Virus record (IMG/VR): IMGVR_UViG_3300044644_002613
Origin: an uncultured virus (IMG/VR IMGVR_UViG_3300044644_002613)
Taxonomy: Duplodnaviria; Heunggongvirae; Uroviricota; Caudoviricetes
Reading direction: 5' to 3' (one strand)
DNA length: 64,000 bases
Shown piece after piece: positions 59,174-64,000 of the stretch. A program made the position numbers and the translations under genes. Position 1 is the stretch's first letter. Each line of letters opens with the position of its first letter. The notes under the pieces are model-generated. The model did no database searches. It was not told the DNA's origin and saw nothing but the letters and a program-made list of their open reading frames with translations.

Positions 59174-60536
59174 TTATAAATCAAAACAAATAGATCTACC
59201 GCCTCTAGCCTCAGACATGAATCGACTAAACAAAAGACCTTCAAATACTGGATCAACATCAGTAATTCCAAGACAATAGCAAATCAAAGAACCACAAGCA
59301 CTTCCCCTGCCTGGCCCCACAGCTTGAGTTCCATCACCACCTATATTCTCTTTGCACCACTTTCTTGCCTCATCAGTCATCATTTTTTGAATAAGAAAAT
59401 ATGTACTAAATCCTTTTCGAGTAATAAGACTTAATTCTTCAATTATTCTGTCTTTATATTCTTTGGTCTTAGGCAAGTTTCTCTGCTTGAATCCTTGTAT
59501 GACTAAATCTTTAAGCTTTTCGTCACAATCAGGCAAAATTGGTAATTTTAAACTTCTATCAAGTTCAACTCCTTTTGCCATTCTGCAAATCTCTACTGTA
59601 TTCTTTTTAGCTTCACAAAAAATTTCATATGGAATAACATCACTATAATCTTTAGCCCATTTTTCGTTAAGTTCTTCCTCTGACTTCATCCATAAGTTGG
59701 CATCTTGCAATTCAAAAAAGTCTTTCATGGCATCTTCTTTCATTGCCTTTTGAATTTCTTGAATTGTTCTATTTGTCTGTACCATTAACATAAGTCTTTG
59801 AAAGTGACTATCTTCCTTTCGACAATAATGACAATCATTTGTAAGAATTATTTTTAATTTATACTTTTCATAAGCCTTGATGATAAATGCATCATAAGGC
59901 TTTTGTTTGACAAAATCTAAAAGCATAATTTCAAGAAAATAATTATCTCTACCAAACATCTCAATGTATCTTTCAATCATTTGAAATGCAGCTTCTTCAC
60001 CACCAGAATCAAATGCTCTACCAACTTCGCTGTTATAGCAACAACTAGTAAAAAACAAACCTTCTTTATGTTTCTCAAGTTGTTCGTAATTTACTCTTGG
60101 CTTTCTATAAAATCCTTTTGTCCATCCCCAAGATGTAAGTCTTACTAGGTTTTTATAACCTATTTCACTATGTGCAATCGCAAGAAGATGTGGACTAGCT
60201 CTCAATTCCTTTAATTCTATTTCGTTTAAGTTTTTAGAGAAATTTTGCATGTCTTGCAAAGAATCACTTGATGGCTGTAACCTATTAACATATAGTTCTG
60301 CTGCGAATATAGGAGAAAGTTTGTTTTTACCAAACTTATCACAAATTTTCTCACAAGCTTTTATTTGTCTTGGAACAGCACCCAACATGCCATGATCACT
60401 AATAGTTAAAAAGTTTTGATTGATTTGGGTAGCTCTGAGTGAATATTCCTCACAAGTACCAAACCCATCTAAAACAGAAAAATCGGAATAACTAATGAAG
60501 GTGGAGATGTTCGAAACCGACAATCTCCACCTTCAT
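59174..60536 (-). CDS. dnaE: DNA polymerase III alpha, N-terminal part (PHP plus N-palm), interrupted by a 7-nt insert at 60488-60494
   Basis: AAGGAG RBS + MKVEIVGFEHLHLH | TAGTTAT | SDFSVLDG, ISDHG, AELY, HLL, SCC, TNDCHY, GPGRGSACGSLICYCLGITDVDP, LLFSRF. Confidence 0.9.
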
Positions 60537-60537
60537 T
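60494..60537 (-). promoter_or_regulatory. Perfect 15-bp stem-loop covering the dnaE-N start codon and the HLHLH codons
   Basis: aatgaaggtggagat (60494-60508) / atctccaccttcatt (60523-60537), 14-nt loop. Confidence 0.9.
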
Positions 60538-60576
60538 GGAACTCCTTTCATAAATGTCATTGTTCAATCCTTTTGT

Positions 60577-60828
60577 TTACTTCCAGAGTTTATATTTTTC
60601 ATACACTAGAGCTTCGCAATCCATAATTGCAATTCTTCTAGCGTACTTTCTTGGGGATAGGTATATTTTTTCGTCATCTTCATTAGATTCATCAGGCTTT
60701 ACTTCACGCTCCATTGATATTAAATCATCAAGGATTTCAAGTGCTGTATTTTTTTCTATCTGATTAACTTTGTGAAGATGAAAAGCAAAAAACAATAAAA
60801 ACAAAAAAGGAAAAATTAATTTTTTCAT
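60577..60828 (-). CDS. Small signal-anchored protein
   Basis: Starts MKKLIFPFLFLLFFAF. Confidence 0.6.
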   Translation of the reverse strand: MKKLIFPFLFLLFFAFHLHKVNQIEKNTALEILDDLISMEREVKPDESNEDDEKIYLSPRKYARRIAIMDCEALVYEKYKLWK

Positions 60829-60962
60829 TTTTGTTCTTTTTCAAAAAATGAATCATTGAAAGTGGCCATTTTGTAAATCACTCCCATTGCTACGGCTATT
60901 GAAACCAAAAGTATGGAAAATGAACCTACAAAAAATCCAATCCAGAAATTAAGATCAAACAT
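60825..60962 (-). CDS. Unannotated 45-aa membrane peptide
   Basis: MFDLNFWIGFFVGSFSILLVSIAVAMGVIYKMATFNDSFFEKEQK; AAGGAG RBS; ATGA overlap. Confidence 0.65.
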   Translation of the reverse strand: MFDLNFWIGFFVGSFSILLVSIAVAMGVIYKMATFNDSFFEKEQK

Positions 60963-61035
60963 TAATTGCTACTCCTTGTAGTGTGTCAAATCATCCTGAT
61001 ATAATATACCAAAAAAAATATCAAAGTAAACTAAT

Positions 61036-61257
61036 CTATTTTGCTTTGGTTAATGACTTTTGATCATCTGTTTGAGTTTTCTTCCATTTTTCAAATTCTT
61101 CTTGAAGAACTTGAGCCTGTTGCTCTAATTCTTTAAGTTTTGTTTGAGATTTATCGTAATAATCTTTTAATTCTTGTTTTAATTTCTTCTTTTCACCATA
61201 AATGTCAGACACTTTTTGTGAAAAAGATACAAATTCTTCGCTCAATAGCCAATCCAT
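61036..61257 (-). CDS. Small coiled-coil protein
   Basis: 73-aa helical ORF. Confidence 0.65.
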   Translation of the reverse strand: MDWLLSEEFVSFSQKVSDIYGEKKKLKQELKDYYDKSQTKLKELEQQAQVLQEEFEKWKKTQTDDQKSLTKAK

Positions 61258-61265
61258 AATTCACC

Positions 61266-63998
61266 TTACCTTTTTGCTCGTATTCTTACATTTAAAGGAT
61301 CATTGTCAAAACACTCAAAAACGATTTCGCTCCCATCATGACCTTTGGTCGATAGAAACACATCGTTTTGCCAAATAAACCTTAAAGAACAAAGAACATC
61401 ACGAACATAAGGCTCGTATAGTGTTCTTCCCTCATAATTATGCTCCAACATAAGATAACCTTTGCCACGATAATTTGGCTCAGTCAATCTAATATCTGGC
61501 AATCCACCATTAACATGCCTTGCCATAAGGAGTTTTTTTATTTTTTTATATTCATGACTTTCCAAGATTGTATCACCACTTGGATATTTTTTATATTCAA
61601 AATATTCTTGCTCTCTGCAAAAATCTTCAGTAAAAAATTCATGTATCAAAGTTAGATCATCGTAATACTTTCTAACTTCAAATATTTTTTCTTTTCCTAA
61701 TTTTGCATTTGTATCCCAATTTTCTTTTTTGGTTGAATTTGTGCAATCATCCCATTCAGTTCCAAATTGGCCTTTATCCCATCTTTTTCTTATGTCCGAA
61801 AGAAGATTATAGCCTAGCTTATATGGATTAGTGCTATATTTTCCTCCAAGAACACCCATCTTATGTGCAGCATATTCTATGATTCCATCATCATGTGTTT
61901 TCTGGCCCAATGAAACATAACCCTGTTCTGCCATAATGACATGGTCGGTCATACTATTATGATTCATAAATCCACAAGCCGAATATCGATGACTTGTTTC
62001 TACTGTAATGTCATACACTGTATCTTTTCCAATTTTTTCGATAGAAATAATTTCATCTTCAAGTTTTTGATCAATAAACCATTTATGATTGTCAATATAC
62101 TTCTTTAACTTTTGCTGTTTTCTAGATAATCCAAAACCTATTTGCTCATAATACTTTACCGCTTCCTGTCCGGTTATGCGTACATGCCAACAAGAATCTT
62201 TTTGTTTGCGTCTTGTTGATAATATGCAAAAATTCAACAAAACATTTTGTATTTGTCTGGAAAGAACTTCGCTTGCGGTGGAAAGAATAACACCAGCATC
62301 CCCCGCATAACCATCACAATCAAAATACGATCTTACAAAAGAAGCGATAACACTCTTGGGCGATTTAAGAATAATTTCTGGTATTTGCTTAATCCTAGCA
62401 CAGACTCCAGTTTTCATTCCCAAATAAACAAGTAGTTCTTCAAGTTCTTTTGAAGTTACAGAAATTCTATATCGACCATTTTTAGATGTGTCATCCCAAC
62501 GAGATTTACAATCTATATTAAATAATTTCTTTGTAAGACGAATATAATTATCAGCTTGATCTTTATCTCCAGTTGTTAAGCCAAGAGTTCTCTTGCTTTT
62601 AGATATATGACCATCTCCAATCATATATCCAACAAATGAAGCAAATTCTTCATCCATAGAAAAAGGTAAAGATATACATTTTCTTTTATTTCTCATGCAT
62701 GTCATAGACTGATCATCATATTGCTTGAGCAATTTGTCTAAATTGTCATTTTTTTCTTCACCTTTATAATGATATTTTCTATAAACGACTTGAGACATAG
62801 TCGCTGATGCTTTTTTACAGATTTGCTTCAATTCTATCCTTTTATTGGGCAATTTATAATCGATTTTTTGATATTTTTTCGTCCAAATATTTGAAAACGA
62901 TATTTTAACTTTTTCTCCTACATTCATTTTATCAAGACGAACCCAATCATTATCACCCATAACTCTATGATTATTTGAACCCTCAAAAACATATCCTCTT
63001 CTAGTTTCAATCCTATAAACATCACGATTTTCAAAAGTGAACCAATTTGTCACATTTCTAGATTTTTCACCATCATAAACCATAACAGGCAACTTTTTAT
63101 CAACAATTTCACCTAATGTCAAAATGCCCATATTTGTAGATACAAGAGAATCTCTTCGTCCGCAAGCCCACCCCTCGTTTAATACCTTGGTTTGTCTCTG
63201 TGGGAAAAAATAAATTGATTCCTCATAGATCATAGACATAATATCTTGCTGCCATGGCTTCAATGGAGCATTATCACGCAAGAATCCAAAAACATCTTTA
63301 ACTGGTTCAATAAAAAATCCAAGCTCTTCTGCCAAATCTTTATCTTTAACCTTTTCGTTTTCTTTATCTTTAAAATCTTTGGTGTTGATATAAGAATCCA
63401 TATAAAGTCTATCATTGCCAACTTTTAGTCGCCTTGGAAAACGATAATTTTTTTTATCAATAATGTTTTTATCTTTAATTACTTTTTGATGCCAAGCTGA
63501 TGCACCATCAATTAAATTGTCGATGCGAAGCAAATAATCAAGAAATTCAGTAACCTTTTCTTTACCCCATCTAGCCATATATTTTCTTATACGACTCGCA
63601 TGATTCGCCATGTTATTCAACATATTTGTGTCAGTGGCAGAAAAATGAATATTATTTTTAAAGAAATCATTATGACCAGTAGCGTGAGCGATAACTGTCA
63701 AATGATCCAATAGAGTATTGCTATCTAAGCAATAGATGTAGCAAGGTGATGTATTATGGGTAATCAATCCATATGCAATAAAATCATGAGAATCATGATC
63801 CAATGCAATATCAACAGTTTCGATCTCATCTCCATCAACAACATGCTCAACAACAAATAAAGGATTTGAAATAATATCTTTAATTTCATTTGGAACACTT
63901 AATCCTTGATTTTCTGCTCTTTGTACAAATGAAGAAAAAGAATTAATCCCAACTTTTTGTTTCTCGAACATTTTAATTGAATAACCAAGACTATGGTT
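61266..63998 (-). CDS. spoVR: SpoVR/YcgB family protein with two inteins (5' end beyond the window)
   Basis: PCYIYCLDSNT, VIAHATGHNDFFKNN, LKPWQQDI, YFFPQRQTKVLNEGWA|S, NPYKLG, KIFEVRK.Y.D. Confidence 0.9.
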   Translation of the reverse strand, partial: NHSLGYSIKMFEKQKVGINSFSSFVQRAENQGLSVPNEIKDIISNPLFVVEHVVDGDEIETVDIALDHDSHDFIAYGLITHNTSPCYIYCLDSNTLLDHLTVIAHATGHNDFFKNNIHFSATDTNMLNNMANHASRIRKYMARWGKEKVTEFLDYLLRIDNLIDGASAWHQKVIKDKNIIDKKNYRFPRRLKVGNDRLYMDSYINTKDFKDKENEKVKDKDLAEELGFFIEPVKDVFGFLRDNAPLKPWQQDIMSMIYEESIYFFPQRQTKVLNEGWACGRRDSLVSTNMGILTLGEIVDKKLPVMVYDGEKSRNVTNWFTFENRDVYRIETRRGYVFEGSNNHRVMGDNDWVRLDKMNVGEKVKISFSNIWTKKYQKIDYKLPNKRIELKQICKKASATMSQVVYRKYHYKGEEKNDNLDKLLKQYDDQSMTCMRNKRKCISLPFSMDEEFASFVGYMIGDGHISKSKRTLGLTTGDKDQADNYIRLTKKLFNIDCKSRWDDTSKNGRYRISVTSKELEELLVYLGMKTGVCARIKQIPEIILKSPKSVIASFVRSYFDCDGYAGDAGVILSTASEVLSRQIQNVLLNFCILSTRRKQKDSCWHVRITGQEAVKYYEQIGFGLSRKQQKLKKYIDNHKWFIDQKLEDEIISIEKIGKDTVYDITVETSHRYSACGFMNHNSMTDHVIMAEQGYVSLGQKTHDDGIIEYAAHKMGVLGGKYSTNPYKLGYNLLSDIRKRWDKGQFGTEWDDCTNSTKKENWDTNAKLGKEKIFEVRKYYDDLTLIHEFFTEDFCREQEYFEYKKYPSGDTILESHEYKKIKKLLMARHVNGGLPDIRLTEPNYRGKGYLMLEHNYEGRTLYEPYVRDVLCSLRFIWQNDVFLSTKGHDGSEIVFECFDNDPLNVRIRAKR
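61956..63164 (-). mobile_element. 403-aa intein with a LAGLIDADG homing endonuclease in SpoVR
   Basis: EGWA|CGRRDSLV...NNHRV...VGYMIGDGH...VRSYFDCDG...VYDITV..FMNHN|SM. Confidence 0.93.
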
Positions 63999-64000
63999 GT
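63753..64000 (-). mobile_element. C-terminal end of a second intein in SpoVR
   Basis: ETVDIAL..SHDFIAYGLITHN|TSPC (blocks F and G). Confidence 0.85.

Noticed and set aside
49600..59200. Excisable element that would rejoin the dnaE halves at DNA level
   Set aside because: Only weak similarity at the would-be junctions, no recombinase in the interval, and the C-half has its own start and N-terminal extension.
1..64000. Genome-wide TAG reassignment as the explanation for the dnaE-N stop
   Set aside because: ORFs tile densely under the standard code and several genes end properly in TAG (e.g. 4506, 13187, 31813). Read-through would also not fix the frame.
1..64000. tRNA, rRNA or group I intron
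   Set aside because: No T-loop/acceptor-stem pattern or long structured GC-rich intergenic stretch was recognised by eye; tRNAscan-SE or Infernal would be needed to exclude them formally.

Overview
AT-rich, gene-dense segment, mostly on the minus strand, that reads as part of a jumbo/huge phage genome. The likely host is a planctomycete, inferred from the sigma factor, two CsrA paralogs and planctomycete-style secreted proteins. It carries many host-like genes scattered among hypothetical ORFs: sigma-70, ClpX, two CsrA, a ParB-like protein, PhoH, DnaJ, a GroES-like protein, IF-3, peptide deformylase, bS21, an amidoligase, a GGCT, about 11 glycosyltransferases and a SpoVR carrying two inteins. 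Main points: (1) DNA polymerase III alpha (DnaE) is split without inteins into two genes 9.3 kb apart, with the break inside the palm active site. (2) The PHP half starts with a 14-codon mini-ORF (MKVEIVGFEHLHLH) folded into a perfect 15-bp hairpin, followed by a 7-nt stop-containing insert (TAGTTAT). Skipping the insert restores HLHLH-SDFSVLDG, so this is a candidate translational-bypass/recoding element. (3) Several host-enzyme homologs are intact ORFs but have lost their catalytic motifs. (4) A higher-GC island encodes a 1454-aa Cys-repeat protein next to a PaaK-like ligase. (5) Several ORFs share an N-terminal capsid-targeting-like motif, and TANATA boxes sit 4 nt before some SD-less start codons. 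No rRNA, tRNA or CRISPR array was recognised. All calls come from motif recognition by eye; no searches were run.
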